A program made the position numbers and the translations under genes. Positions 34,237-48,269 of a stretch of 64,000 nt of DNA are shown piece after piece. The stretch lies in contig NC_057750.1 of the NCBI RefSeq assembly GCF_004010195.1, positions 3,034,761-3,098,760 on the forward strand, written 5' to 3'. The DNA is from Chiloscyllium plagiosum. Taxonomy: Eukaryota. Each line of letters opens with the position of its first letter. Within the stretch, counting starts at the first letter, position 1. The notes beneath the pieces are model-generated. The model saw only the letters and a program-made list of their open reading frames with translations, made no database searches and was not told where the DNA came from.

Positions 34237-36329
34237 CTTGCTGGCAAACGAGGTGACTAATCTCAGCACCATAACAGTTAAGCTGCACCGCAACAGTGAA
34301 TGTGCAAATCAAAAACCAATTATTTTCTGCATTCCACAACTGCAAATTGTGCCTTGCATGCATAACTCTTACAAGGTCTGGAGTATCTCTGTACAATTTC
34401 TGCTGAAACTGTTGGAACACTGGGTAGGGCAAAAAATGTACTTTAAAATTGCATTTATTGGACTCAATTTAAGACAAACTAAAAAGGACATTTGGATTAG
34501 CAGTTAAGCTGCTGTTGAAAATTTGCAAAGGGATGGATGGAAAATTGACATTTCTGATGGTCACTGAAAACATACTGCATTGAAGCTTACCATTTTTGGT
34601 AAATTTAATTTACACAAATGTTTTTGAATAAATCCAGATTTCCTTCTGCAAAGACACCAACAGGAGCCAAACACAAACTACATGTTGAATGAACATGCCC
34701 AGGTCATCCACTTCTGTGCCAACTGTTCTAAGCATTTTCAACATACTCGGGCCTTTCGCGACAGTTCATGTCTTGAGGCAATTTGAAAATACCATAAATG
34801 AATGTAATATATATTTCAGAGTTTTGGTCCAAGCTTTAGTTTTTGAACTATAATCATGACAAGATTGAAACAGCAAATCCCACTGAACCACTTGATGACG
34901 ACAATGGGAGACATTTTGCCAAAGCTATTATGCAGATTGGGACAAAAATCAACATTATCTCAATATTTTTTCGATCATTTTAAAATCATAGCAAACAAAC
35001 TTTCCAAAGGCAAATTAACATTAATGTTAAAGTGAACAATTTGTCCCATAGAACTGTTACGTTCCTCAAGGAGCAAACACACTGCCATTACAGTAATGAC
35101 CAGGTATCAATGGTATCAGTCACAAAGTTTAAAAAAAACACTGTGCAAACAGGATGGTGGTAGTGGAACTGCACACTTGACAATAAATAGATTTCAAGTT
35201 TTTGCATGGTGTGGCATTCAACATCTCAATATACTGTGGAAAACAACAACAACATATTCAAGACTAAGCAATAAATGCTGACATTTGTTGATGGCACCTA
35301 CATCTTGTGAATGATTAAAAAGAAACTATAGATTACCATGAACTGAACTAAACTAAATGTAATGCCACTACGTTACAACTTATTTGTGAAAAAGAGGCAT
35401 GTTCTTTGCTATCAGTACACAAAAAATTTAGTGAACCATTATTGTCAGGGACGAACCAAGTAACCGCATTAAATGTCCCTTTGGAGTGAATCAAAAGATA
35501 ATCTACAGGAACGTCAAGTGAGGAAAATATTCAGATTACAGGACATTTGATTCTAAATGATAGAGAGCAGCCCATTTTCTTTTTTCTGGTAATCACCCAG
35601 TAAAATTGGTTGAACATCCAATCAAAAGATGAGTGAGTGGTAATGGTTTCCAGAACCTAATGGTTGATATTCAAGATAGAATCATGGGGAGTGGCTAGTT
35701 GAGGGTGATAATGGAGGGTAATTAGAATGAAACCATAAATCTCAGCTATACTCACTTTTGTTTATTATATCTCTGCTCTAATTTGGAGACGTTAAGTCTT
35801 GAATGAGGTACCAAAGTAAGCATAGTACTATAATGCAGCTTTATCATGAGAAGTGGCAGTCCCTCAATGGGAGGAACAACCCCATCCTCCTCATTTGTCA
35901 ACTACACAGGAGTTGAAAGATAAAGAGAGCTGTCATCCTGGTCAATTTCCCACACCTATTCGAGGAAACTTTGCATAAAACCTACCACCCTCCTAATGCA
36001 CACTACTCTCCAATTGGCCAGATAAATATTCTAAAACAACCATAGATGCTTACATAGCACAAGTCTTGGATTGCTTTAAGTCAGACAATAGCCCCTAAAT
36101 AACAAAGATAAATACTTTGTAATTTAGTACACAAAAACAATTTCCCATATATTCCAATTTAACGGACAATGAACAGAAACAGTAAGCAACTACTAGTCAT
36201 TGCAAGTTAGACTCTTCATTGGTAACAATGTTCAGCATGTGGAAGATTAATTGATTAGTCAGCAATATGCTTGAATGGGAACTGGAAAAAGGCACAATTT
36301 GCTTTCTTTGAAGTATTCTGAAAAGATAC

Positions 36330-36860
36330 ACGAGCCATTAGATTAGAGGGGTGAAAAACAGGTGTAAGTGTTATGCCTCAGCTACAGAGCCCTGGTTAGA
36401 TTACACCATGTACTGAGCAGCTCTGGGCTCCACACTTTGGAAATATAGAGATCTCCCTGAAAGATAGCTTCTGTTGAAGTTGAGGCGTGAAAAGAGATAA
36501 TAGAAATTAGTGGTTGTACTTTCTGGAACTTAAGATTAGAGATAAGTTGATCAAAGTTACAGTCTATTAAAAGAGAACCAAAAAAAAAAGTGGACGCATT
36601 TTGGGGAATCGAGGCATGTAGTTAAAAATTGGAACCAGATCGCTTAGGAGTGAAATTAGACAATCACCTCTACTTGAAATTGAGGGAAATTTGGAATTCT
36701 CAATTGCAACTAGTCAATTACTGTTTTTAAATTGAGGTAGATTTAAGATATTAAAAGGGGCCCAGGATTTAAGCAGAAATGGAGTTATGACTCAGTTCAG
36801 CCATGACCCCTCAGAATGATGGAACAGGTTCAGAATGCTCCAACTCGACACCCATTCTTA
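36330..36860 (+). mobile_element. old CR1 fragment
   Basis: Decayed ORF2 end and cagccatga 3' UTR motif. Confidence 0.55.
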
Positions 36861-38824
36861 GATGTTAACAGCAAAATTTTGTACTGCAGACACATCAGTT
36901 TCACATGTATCTGCAAGGTTAATGCCAACAGCTTTTCAAATGTCATTTAATCAGGACATACTATACCAAGTATCAACAAAACATTACCAATGGTATGCCT
37001 GTCTCCAATTTTTACATATGCAGAGATATTCCCTCACCCTCTGGTACATCTGATCAGAAGTACAACTCTAAACTAATCCAATTAAACCTATGCTAACCTA
37101 GATAACATTACAAGCACCAATGCAACTTCCTGATTAATCCCTGAAGCACTTCAAAACAATTTCAGATGTAAATTTAATAATGGAAATTAAAATATGCAGA
37201 TAGAAATTACAATTCATGAATATGTAAATTCAAAAATTAATGTAATCATCAAACTTCATTTGGTGTAGAGGAAATCAAGCATAAATGTGGCATGTGCGAA
37301 GAGACGAAGAAACTATATGACTCAGTGCAACTCACCATTTAAGAGGAAATACACTTGTTAAAGTTAGTCAATAGTTTTGCAGCTGCTGGACACAACATTT
37401 CAATGTTTAAATAAAAGACAATCAATCAAGAAATCAATTGGTGATACAATACAACTCCTGCATTATCTGAAATGGCTAAATTAGTAGAGATTTTCTTTAT
37501 TATAAATGCTGATTATTTGTCCAGAATAATTTGTCACAAGGGACTTTTCCTTCCCTTGTTCCCCCTCTTGTCCTTGCTCTCCAATTTACCAGATTTGTAG
37601 CAGTTAATAGTCAACAGTCACACCATTTGTGTTGACAACTGTTGCAATCCAAACTAGAATAAAATGAGAACAATTGTCTTGCTACAGCTACAACTCAAGG
37701 GGTGGCATTTATGTGCCTATGAATTGAACTCCTGACAAAAGGGGATTTTTTTTTCTGGTTTGTAAACCACAGGATGAAGGCAACCAGCAGATGCTTTCTG
37801 AAGTGTTCAGCCAACGACATTCCAAATTCATCCAGAGTGACTACATTGCTTAACTAAAAAAAAAAGCACTTCAAAGTCCTTTCTCCACTCATCTCCCTCA
37901 AAATAACGCAGTGAATTTAAGTTAAATGCACCCACTCCAGCTAGCAAATTGCAGTACAACAATGGGAATTCAGAACTTGTAATAAGGAAAATTCAAGAAC
38001 AGTAGCTAGAGAGGGGCCATAAATGTCAGCCTTGCCAGCTCGTCCATATCCTGCGCATGAATGAATAAAAACATGAGTTTTAAGTGCCCTTGTGGAAGCA
38101 GACTTGTTACATTATTTCTGGGTTTGCACAAAGGGAAGCAGCTGTGATCCTCTGTTGCTGTTCAAGAAAGACTCAACGCAAAGAGGAGCTCTGCCCTGTA
38201 AACAACACTGGGCAGCCATATCACTCAACTAATGAACAATAAACCATTATTTTGCAAATCACAAACAGCAAGTTGATCAGCACAAATTCCTCTACTATTT
38301 TGAGATTCAAGAAATACATCTGGTAAAACAAATGCAGAGCTCGAGTGGAGAGAAACCAAAGGGTGATTGTGCAATTAGTTTTACATCACTGACTTCATTT
38401 CTAGTAACTTCATTTCTTTTTGAGCAAATTATTCAATATCAAAGTATAAACTAGATATTGCTGTAATGAGCATGGTGATCAGTAACGTACCGATTCCATG
38501 CCAGTCAGAGAAAACCAGTGGTATAATCTGGGTTTAGTACATAGAAACACTGAAGGTGGAGTAGTGTAGCTTCACAGGTCATTGTACAAATCACCAAATA
38601 ATTAAGACCTACATCCATACTCCGTTTCAGCAACTGTACATTGGAGCTAAACGATCAAGTAATAAGACAACTTCAGCAGTATCAGCATAAGGGTTTGCAA
38701 TACCACTAGTCACAGAACTGTACTAAGTGGTCACCTGAAATGCTGTAGAGCAAATCACCTTACATCTACCCGGTATTATTCATAAATTGATAAATGTCAT
38801 GCACACAAGTGTCACAAAACGCAC

Positions 38825-38971
38825 CTTGTCAAAGTGATTAAATGATGATCGGAACTCATTCAGCTGATCTTGGCTGATGCCTTTTGCGTCACGGGTGAGG
38901 ATTTGGTTTTCTATTTCATTGATGGTTCTGGCAATTGTGGTCAACAGCTGTTCCCAGCCAACTCTGATGTG
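38825..38971 (-). CDS. ACTN4: alpha-actinin-4 exon 18
   Basis: 147 nt, aaag|...|gtgcg; [49 protein letters not shown]. Confidence 0.95.
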
Positions 38972-39146
38972 CTTTTATATGGAAAAAACCAAACTGAAGT
39001 TGTGGCATTAAGACAATTTATGGGGCATAAATCACAGCAGGAAATGAACAAACCATGAAGGTCAAAACAAACTCATCATCGGCTTTAAACTGCAAGTCTA
39101 TTTTTGATTTAAAGGCAACATCATTATAAATTGGGTAACGTTATAA

Positions 39147-39235
39147 TCATGAAGAGCTTTTGCCAGAAACTTGATTCTCCTGCTCCTCTGATGCTGCCTG
39201 ACCCGTTGTGCTTTACTAGCACCACACTCCTGACA
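39147..39235 (+). mobile_element. degenerate solo Penelope terminal fragment
   Basis: atgaagagcttttgccagaaac..gattctcctgctcctc.gatgctgcctgacc, as in 51267-51395. Confidence 0.65.
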
Positions 39236-39997
39236 GCATGTTATAACCAGACATAATCAACACTAGTAAGTTGCCATCTTAATTAACCCTTTCCAGGTCA
39301 AAGTAGCACATAGCTCTGCTGAAAGCAAGATCTGGTGCAAGTTACAAGACTATCTAAAGCCGTAATTACATTAAAAACTCCATATTTGCGCTGTTTGCAA
39401 CATGGCATCTCGGATTCGCCTGCACCATGCTTCCCTGAACAATGCTGCAGTGTGCATAAATATTTCAACATGAGAACTCTGCTCACCAATCCATGGTTGC
39501 AAACTTCTGCTTAAAATAAAAGCAAACTAATTAGACTAATTAGAAATTCAAAGCTAGAATGGTCCAGTTAAATATATTACAAAGTGCACAAAGTTAAATG
39601 TTAATGCTGTGCTGACTGCAGTACAAGTTCAGCAAATGTTTAGTTGCCTAAAAGGCCAATTCATGATCTTAATGTGGCTAATTTGACATTGGTAGTGACT
39701 CTGCCCTGTCAATATCAAAACAGTTAAGTATAAAAATGGGGCACCAAATTAGGTGAGCACAATATGCAGATCCCAGCATACCTCAACAATTATAAAAACT
39801 GGTTAGGTCTCACCTTGAAGTAGTGTACAACTGAGTATTATACTTTCAGGATGACACCAAGGCCTTGGCAGGGACAAAACAGAATTACAGAACAGAATTA
39901 CTGGAGTGCTATCAGCAAAAACGGGGTTTGAATTAAGTAGAGTTTGAGTACTTTTGAGCAGAGAAAGTCAAGGGACGACTTAAAGGGATATCAAAAT

Positions 39998-40470
39998 GGA
40001 CAGCAGAGTGGCTCAATAATTAGCATTACTGCCTCAAAGCACCAGGGACCTGGGTTCAATTCTAGAGGAAATGCTTACAAAGTTTAAAAGACAGATGGTT
40101 AAGTACATGAATAAGAAATATTTGGAAGGATATGGGCCAAGTGCAGGCAGGTGGGACTCATTTAGTTTGAGATTATGGTTGGCATACATTGGTTGGACCA
40201 AAGGGTCTGTTCCCATGCTGACTCAAGGATTGCCTATTTGGAGTTTGCACCTTCTCTCCATTTCTGCATGGGTTCCCTCCCACAGTGGTTAGGTGGATTG
40301 GCTTTGCTAAATTGCCCATTGCTTCCACAGATGTGTAGGCTAGGTGGACTAGCCATCGTAAGTGCAAAGTTACAAGGATAGATTAGGGGTCTGGGTAGGA
40401 CGCTCTTTGGAGGATTGATAGACTTAATGGGCTGAATAGCCTCTTTCTGCATTGTAGGGATTCTATGATT
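39998..40470 (+). mobile_element. HE1-like SINE interrupted by a CR1 3' end (about 40070-40225)
   Basis: tRNA head at 39998-40062, then CR1 sequence (FKRQMVKYMNKKYLEGYGP), then the SINE core and tail resume. Confidence 0.7.
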
Positions 40471-41611
40471 TTGGAATATTTATTCGCTAGAAAGGAGAAA
40501 ACCATTTTTACTCAAGATGATCATAACTAGAATACACAACTTCAAGGTCAATTCGCAAAGTGGGGAGGACGAAAATAAGTTTATACAGTGAATTCTGATT
40601 TAATATACATTGCTGAAAAGGATAATGGAAACGGAGTAATTTCCAGAAAGGGAATTAGATTTTAAAATTCATAGGAGATGACCATGGCTGCCAAAACCAA
40701 CAACTATTACACACATTAATACCCTGAGGGGAAGAATTGCTTTCTTGGACCACTTGAGTTAATCTTCACCTAAAAAGTGCTGATAGCAAGGGAGTTCTAG
40801 GATTTTGGCCCAACAGTGAAGAAATGATGTATTCACCAAGTCAGGATGGTGAGAGAGGAGATGGTAGAGGTGGCACTCATGCACACTTGCTGACCTTGTT
40901 TTGTTAGGTGGCAGAATTCAGCATCAAAAGGCAACAAGGTAAGATTAAATAGAGTTTGGGACTAATTGGTTAAGGCTCACACAAAAAAAAAGAGTTCAGA
41001 GAGGCACAATGTGCCAAATTCTCTTCTTTACTGATTGCGAGCTTTTGGGAGAATTTTTGTTTGATTAGTCTTCAAATGAATAATGCTGTATAATGCTAGA
41101 GAGTTTAGCTTTTTCTTTTGGTATGTTTCATTATTTTTCCATCAGCAAGCTGCAATCAAAATGCATATTTTGCTTATTTCCTTCCAAACTTAGCAACTAA
41201 GAAGGAAAATTGAGTAGTGTGTGACAGATTTGAAATTTGATCTTTCACGCAAGATTGCAAATCTTTGGAATTCTGCAGCACAGACCACTGTGAACATACA
41301 ACATTGAGTACATGCAAGTCGGCGATCAGTAGATTGTGGTAATCAAGTGGTATGATACTAGGGCAGGAGATGGGTTGTGGGAGGAAATCTTAACATCAGG
41401 GCAGGCTCAAAGGCCTACTTATGGCCTATTCCTGCTTATGAGTGCAAGATGTGCATTAAACCTCTCCCACAGAGATACAAAGCAAAAACAGCTGAAATGC
41501 ACATCTGGCACTTACTTAATGACTAGAAACTTTCGAGCTCTACTGCAATCAGCATGTTGCTGATCTTAAATGATAGCCCCTACTGAAATTCCAAAAGCTT
41601 TAAATCAGTAC

Positions 41612-41791
41612 CTCCATGGTGTAGTTGGTGTGTTTGTTATCAAAGATGAGTGCCTCCTGAATGAGCTGATGATCCTGCTCTAATTTCTCGATGTTGGGTT
41701 TGTAATTGATGATACTGCTCTCATACTGCTTCAGTTGATTTAGTTGGTCTTCCAACGTGCCATGCATTTCAATTGAAATCCGTCCGATTTC
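41612..41791 (-). CDS. ACTN4: alpha-actinin-4 exon 17 (spectrin repeat 4)
   Basis: 180 nt, cttag|...|gtact; [60 protein letters not shown]. Confidence 0.95.
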
Positions 41792-44522
41792 CTAAGTACA
41801 ACATTTAAAAAAATTGAGTGCTTGATACAACTGTTGTGCCAACTTAGTGTCCAGTTTGACCCTCCTACCCCTTTCCCCACCCCCAAGGTGATGTTAGCTT
41901 GCATACAGGTGCTTTCAACTGAAGAGAATTGGACAGTTGCTTTGCAAATGCGATGGATAATTTAAAATTGAACTTTTATTTAGGTAACAAGTTGGTTACT
42001 TTTATATTGACCATTATATAATAAGTTCGGATACTTGTTATAAAGACCAAAAGCATCAGCAAATGTTCAATTTATGATCTTGCCAATCAACTTGCTCTCA
42101 TGCAATAGATTAATTTATTTCTTACATGTGACAAAAGATGCATCATTTACACTATTTTGGAATTTGAATTTTTAAATGAATGTTGGCAAAACAGAGGCCA
42201 GTCTTTGTGGAACAATAACTAAACATAACATTGAGCCAGAAAAGTGATGGCAGACCCTTGGAGTATCAGAAAAAGATATTTATACAGTTGTCTATGACAG
42301 GTAAACACAAGGTATTAGATTGGTCTTCAGTTTGGAAGATTAAAGCATAAAGTCTCCCCCCCCCCCCCCCCAAGTTCAAAAAATATAATAAATGTTGAGT
42401 TTAGATGTCAATTTAGTTTCTTTACCAAAATGGTGATTCCAGAAACAAGTCACCTCAGCAGAGTTCAATTTGTAAAGCTTTCAAATCCAAAGAGCTTGGT
42501 TGAAAATCTGAGAATGTAGAAAGCTCAGATTTGTGAAAAGGTCACGTCAGCAAATTTAGAAAGGATTAATGAACTGTCCCCACAGTCAACAGGGAAGAAC
42601 CTGGAAGAGTCAAGTAAACCCTTTAAGTACCAAATTACAGGGTGCCATTTCTCTGAACTAGGGTCTCTAACAAATAATCTCAGTAAACAAGTTTAAACTT
42701 TTGTTTTTGCTGTGTTTTAAGATCATTCTTGCAAGGAGAGTTTTTTTCAATGTAGTTTCTTTTGCGTAAAAAGTTGTTAAACAATATCTGCACCCTTGTC
42801 TGAATAGAGGTCTGACTAATGACTACATTAACTGATTAAGAAAAAAAAGCCAGGTTTCATTCAGGGATCTTGCTTAAAGATCGTAATACAGTCTCTGTTC
42901 TAACTGAATTTGCATTATAGGCATTGCTCGATCTTTGTAGGACTATGTGGAAAACAGTGTCTAGAACAAATAGGGTAACTTAAAGGGGTCATTTTCTACT
43001 AATGTTCCTTCCATGCTTCCTCAAAGCTTCACTTATACACTTCTTTCCTCAGGTGGAAGTCACAAATCACATTACAATGTCATTTAACCATTCATTTCAT
43101 CAACTTCATGAAATCTTACATTTTCAGACTATCGCCTGAAATTTTGGCATTCAGTCCAATCCAAAAGATATCGGAGTGTAGCTTTTTCAAACTTTAATAC
43201 TTTCCCAACATTGTAATTCATGTTCAAAATTTTGTAGACTCACTAAATAAATCAGTTATGCTCTGAGCTACAAATAGTACAAATATAGAAGAGAGTTAGG
43301 ATTGATGGATGCTTCAGGTTGGAAAATGTAACTTGGAGTACCATAAGGATCAGTCCTAGAGTCTCATTAATATTGACTATTAATATTAATGACTTGGAAA
43401 AGAGACAGAAAAGTAATGATCTAAATTTGCTGACAATACCAAATAAAGTGGGAAGGCACGCTGGTGAAGACGACACCAGGAATTTACAATGGGGTTTATA
43501 GATGAGTCAAGTGCGCAAAAACATGGAGTTTAATGGAGGAGGAGATGAGGTCATGCACTTTGGCAAGAAAAATGAACTATCATAAAACGATAAGTGGGAT
43601 TGAACTCAACCTTATTTTTTGGTTCCATCCCCATTATCAATATGCCACCCATATCTAAACATATCAACAGTCAATTTATCAGCTGGAATTTTAGAAGCAA
43701 TAAGTCTAATCATTGGTTTGTAGAATTATCACTAGAACTTTACAAAATTCAGCAGGAAGCATAATTGTAACAGTTGTACAAAGAGCCACTAATTTTAGAC
43801 TGCAGGTAAGTAATGACAAAAGAAACATGTTAAGACCTAATGAGGGGTCATACTGGACAAGTCAAATCTCAGACTGAAACCCTGATAGCTAAGTTTTATT
43901 TTTGCAGTTTGGTTACTGTGACTGTCATTGGCAGCCAAGTGAATATGTTAAAAAGTTCTCTTAACAAAACAAGTTTAGTACATGAAGAACAATAAAAGAC
44001 AATCAAGAAAAATCTTGAATAGCAAAAGGCACGTTTCAACCCTTGATGTCTTTTGTTTTTCAAACTAGAAGTAATTTTTTCTCAGATACATTGGAAAGGT
44101 CATTGAAGTAATTGGCGCCTTTGAGTTTTAAGAAAAGCCCTATCTACTTAAACCACAAAGTTTAAGACTCCTTCCAAGCATCGAAAGCCTGGTTTGCCAA
44201 AATTAAACTGCTCTTCTGCTGGTATGAAATGGTTCTTCTCAACCGAAACCAGATGGTTGCCCCAGTCCACCTTTCTGTATGTTAGGAAAGTCTGACTGTG
44301 CAAACTGTTCAATCAGTTCAAGGTAGTTGGTCTAGTCACTTAGCTCAAGTCATGTTTTCTTGAAAATGTTTGAATCGTTCAAAACAACTAATCAAAAGGA
44401 ACAAGTCACATTGACAGAACTGAAAACAAATATTTTCCTCCACTTTCAAATCGAAGTTTTCAACTGATAAGAACCTTTACTACAATATACCGTCAATTGT
44501 GTATCCAAAACAAATTACCAAC

Positions 44523-44657
44523 CTGCATCTTTGTCTGAATCCAGGGTCCAACAACATTAGCCTTATTTGCAAACTGCTCACGCAGATGTTCATTGGACTG
44601 TTGCTTGTTAAATTCTGCTTGCAAGGCTTGGTCCCTCGCTGGCACAAACTGTTGAAC
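44523..44657 (-). CDS. ACTN4: alpha-actinin-4 exon 16
   Basis: 135 nt, tatag|...|gttgg; [45 protein letters not shown]. Confidence 0.94.
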
Positions 44658-44944
44658 CTATAAGTCAGTGAACAAGTTGATAATACCAATTTTTGTTCTG
44701 GTGCAACATGCACAAATTCTTTTATTCACCCCTCACCCATCTACATTCCACCCATCCCATCACTCTTTAGGCCGTTGCATCAATTCATGTCAGGCTGAGA
44801 CTTGTCCCCACACTGCTACAACTCCATGTGCAATAAATGGCATGTTCTCAGAATTCAAGACAGAAAAATCAATGATCAAATCAACAAAACTCTTAACTTT
44901 GTACAAGCTACTATGGATACTGATAGCCTTTAGCAGATTCTTAC

Positions 44945-45127
44945 CTTATCCCATTTATCATTAATACTCTGCGAAGTGATGGATGTGTATGGATTTACAC
45001 CAGATAATTTGATATTATAGGACTGGGCAATCTTCATCATTTCATTGTGAATACCCAGGATGGCCTCCCTCTCTTTGTCAGCATCTGGCAATGTTGCTTT
45101 GAATTGTTCATGTGCTGCAATAAGACC
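44945..45127 (-). CDS. ACTN4: alpha-actinin-4 exon 15
   Basis: 183 nt, tgtag|...|gtaag; [61 protein letters not shown]. Confidence 0.95.
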
Positions 45128-45311
45128 CTACAGGGAAAAAAGACAAATTAACCGGGACATAATGTAGTATTAGAATAGAATAGCAATTTATTGTTACTTT
45201 TATTTATGAAAATATAGTAAGATGTGTACAAGTTGCCATAATTCAGCATCAATTATAAAACTTAACAATTGAGAAAAAGTTCATCTTTTATTCAGTTACC
45301 CTACTTTATCA

Positions 45312-45506
<195 letters not shown>

Positions 45507-45639
45507 CTATTGAAATAACAATTATTTATAAAAAACACTGCTTTATATTTGTTAAAGTGTTCGGAAAGCAGCCAATTACTTAGTAAATTAAAGCAATGGA
45601 AGCGTTTAAAAAACAAACATAATACCAGTGATGAGTAGG

Positions 45640-45978
45640 CATATGGCATGGGGATGCCGTTGTGTGTCTGGACTGTTAATCAGAGACTAGTATATTCTGG
45701 GGAACTGGGTTCGAATCCCACCGCAACATGAGGCAGAATTTGAGTTCAATAAGAATCTAGAATTAAGAGTCTAATGACAACCATGAATCGATTGTCAATT
45801 GTTGGAAAAACCCATCTGGTTCACTAATTTCTTTTAGGCAAGGAAACTGCCATCCTTACCTGTCTGGCCTACATGCGACTCTAGACCCACTAACTTGTTT
45901 GACTCTTAACTGCTGAGTAATTAGCATTGGGCAATGAATGCTGACCGAACCAGCCATGCCCTCAGCTCATGAATGAAT
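45640..45978 (+). mobile_element. second tRNA-derived SINE family
   Basis: GGTTCGAATCCC B box and atgaatgaa tail; related copy at about 52515-52870. Confidence 0.65.
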
Positions 45979-46369
45979 TTTAAAAAAAAAAAATTCTGTA
46001 TCTATAAGCATAGAAGAACGAACAAATAGACTTCTCTTGATTAAGAAATACCTGGCCATTCCTGGGAACAAAGTCAAATATGAAGGAGATTAGTGTTTTG
46101 CAATAAAAATATCTACTTGCATTTAAACAATATTTCTTACAAACACTGCATCTCATTAGGAACAGGAGGTAGGCCATTCAGCCCCACTGACTTTATTCCG
46201 CTATTCAACAAGATCATGGTTAATCTGTGGCCTAACTGCATATACTTTAGCCCATATCCCTCAATACCTTTGATTAACAAAAATCAGATTCATAATTAAC
46301 TGATCCATTTGTAGTTTAGACATTTCCAAACTTTTACCATCCTACATGCATAGAACTCAGGTTTCCAAT

Positions 46370-46595
46370 GAAGTACTTCTGAGGTTTAGTCATGGCAAAG
46401 GTAAGAAACAGTAGCCAATTTGTAGACAGCAAACTCCAACAAACCACAAACACTAAATGACCAAATGACCTGTTTGTGATGCTGATGGAGGAATAAATAT
46501 TGGCCTAAACACTCACTTGCTCTTCAAAGTGTGATTGTAGATCTTTTATATTTATCCAGGCAGGAAGATAGCGTCGCTGTTTAAATAACGTGAAA
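46370..46595 (-). mobile_element. DeuSINE-like conserved core fragment
   Basis: gccaatttg..cacagcaa.ctcc / ggaataaatattggcc / gatctttta / gtttaa motifs, shared with 428-470, 750-860 and 55030-55215. Confidence 0.45.
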
Positions 46596-46814
46596 TATCT
46601 CATGTTTGACTAATAAAATAGCGAAAAGAATAGGAACATTTTTCAACATCCAACTCAAAAAGGCTGAATATTGCAGACTTGGTGAATTGGTTGCTAAGCA
46701 AAATGTTTTCTGATCAACCTGAAGCTACCATCAAATGAGTTAGCTGGCACTAAAATTTGGTTGTAATATATTTATTATATCACATTCACATGAAATCCAA
46801 TGCTCGGCTCTCAC

Positions 46815-46923
46815 CTCCAGGGCATCCCTCCTGCTCTGTGTCAACGAGCCCAAAGTATCCCAGTGGTCACAGATAGTCTGGCAGCGTGCATTTACATTGG
46901 GAGAGTCATAATAATCCAGATCA
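46815..46923 (-). CDS. ACTN4: alpha-actinin-4 exon 13
   Basis: 109 nt, tgtag|...|gtgag; (N)[36 protein letters not shown]. Confidence 0.94.
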
Positions 46924-47187
46924 CTACAGAAGGAAGGATTTAAACATTAGTTAGCTCTGGTAACAGCTTGAGACCACAGCCACTTCTCTTGACAAGTATA
47001 GATAATTTGAATTGATGATAACATGTGAGCAACAGGGAGGCAACCGCCATATTGTTTCCTTCTCAATATCACATACTAATTGTTTTTGAATTTCAGAGTG
47101 TTGAATGATCCAAACTCAATGGCATCAGTTGCAAAAACAGCTCTTTAACATTGAATGGCTACATGGTTGGTGCAAACAATCATATTA

Positions 47188-47400
<213 letters not shown>

Positions 47401-47513
47401 TTACTCTTAAAAATGCTTATGCATACTTAAGAGCAGGTTTAAAAACCTACTCGAGACAAGCATTTCCAAATATGTATTGTTAGAAACAATGCCAAAACAT
47501 CAACAGGTTCATA

Positions 47514-47726
47514 CAGGTCATTCTGATATAATGCAACAGTAATGTTCCTCTGTAACCTCGTGCTGTATAAAATCACTATAGAAAATGGCACTGTAGATGA
47601 CTGCCAATAGAATAATCACTATACCCATTTAGTAGCACATTTCTGTTATCCAAACAACACCCACAATTAGTCAACTGCCTTATAGCCAATTCGCTCTGAT
47701 AGAACGTCTTATAGCAGAACGACCTA
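47514..47726. mobile_element. Tc1/mariner-pogo-type MITE (213 bp)
   Basis: TIRs CAGGTCATTCTGATATAA / TTATAGCAGAACGACCTA flanked by TA on both sides; related internal fragment at about 61425-61525. Confidence 0.7.
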
Positions 47727-48269
47727 TATATATGTTACACTGATTTCGCTAAAGTTTAATGGTTGGCCTGTGAAGGCTTTTCTATTCCAGTGGAATCTGT
47801 TACCTTCTTTGCAACTGGCCAGAAGCTTTACTGATTCCATAGCCCTAACATTAACCTCGTCTGGTAAGGAAGGTCAAACTTGTAGCCTCAATGGCCACAA
47901 ACAGGGCTTAAGAGTATACTGCCTTTGAAATCCAGGCATTCAATCCTGCATTTATTTTCATATTAATACTCCTATTTGAATTTTTGCAAGTCTAGACTAG
48001 CAAAGGAAAATTGTAAAGAAAGTGCTGAAAATTAAACTAATTTCTTGTTAGAGTAATTTCAGATAATGAAAACAGACTTAAATTAAGTATCCCCCCAAGG
48101 ACCTATGGCACTTAATATAACCTACAAAGTCAAAAAGTTCGGACACCTGGACCAGCTGTACAGATATAATCACATGGGATCAAAATGTAGGGACTTGTGT
48201 CGGGGAATAAATATTATAGGTTTCTGCATTAGAATTGTGAAACTACCAATAGTCAGTAGCATTAAAAAT

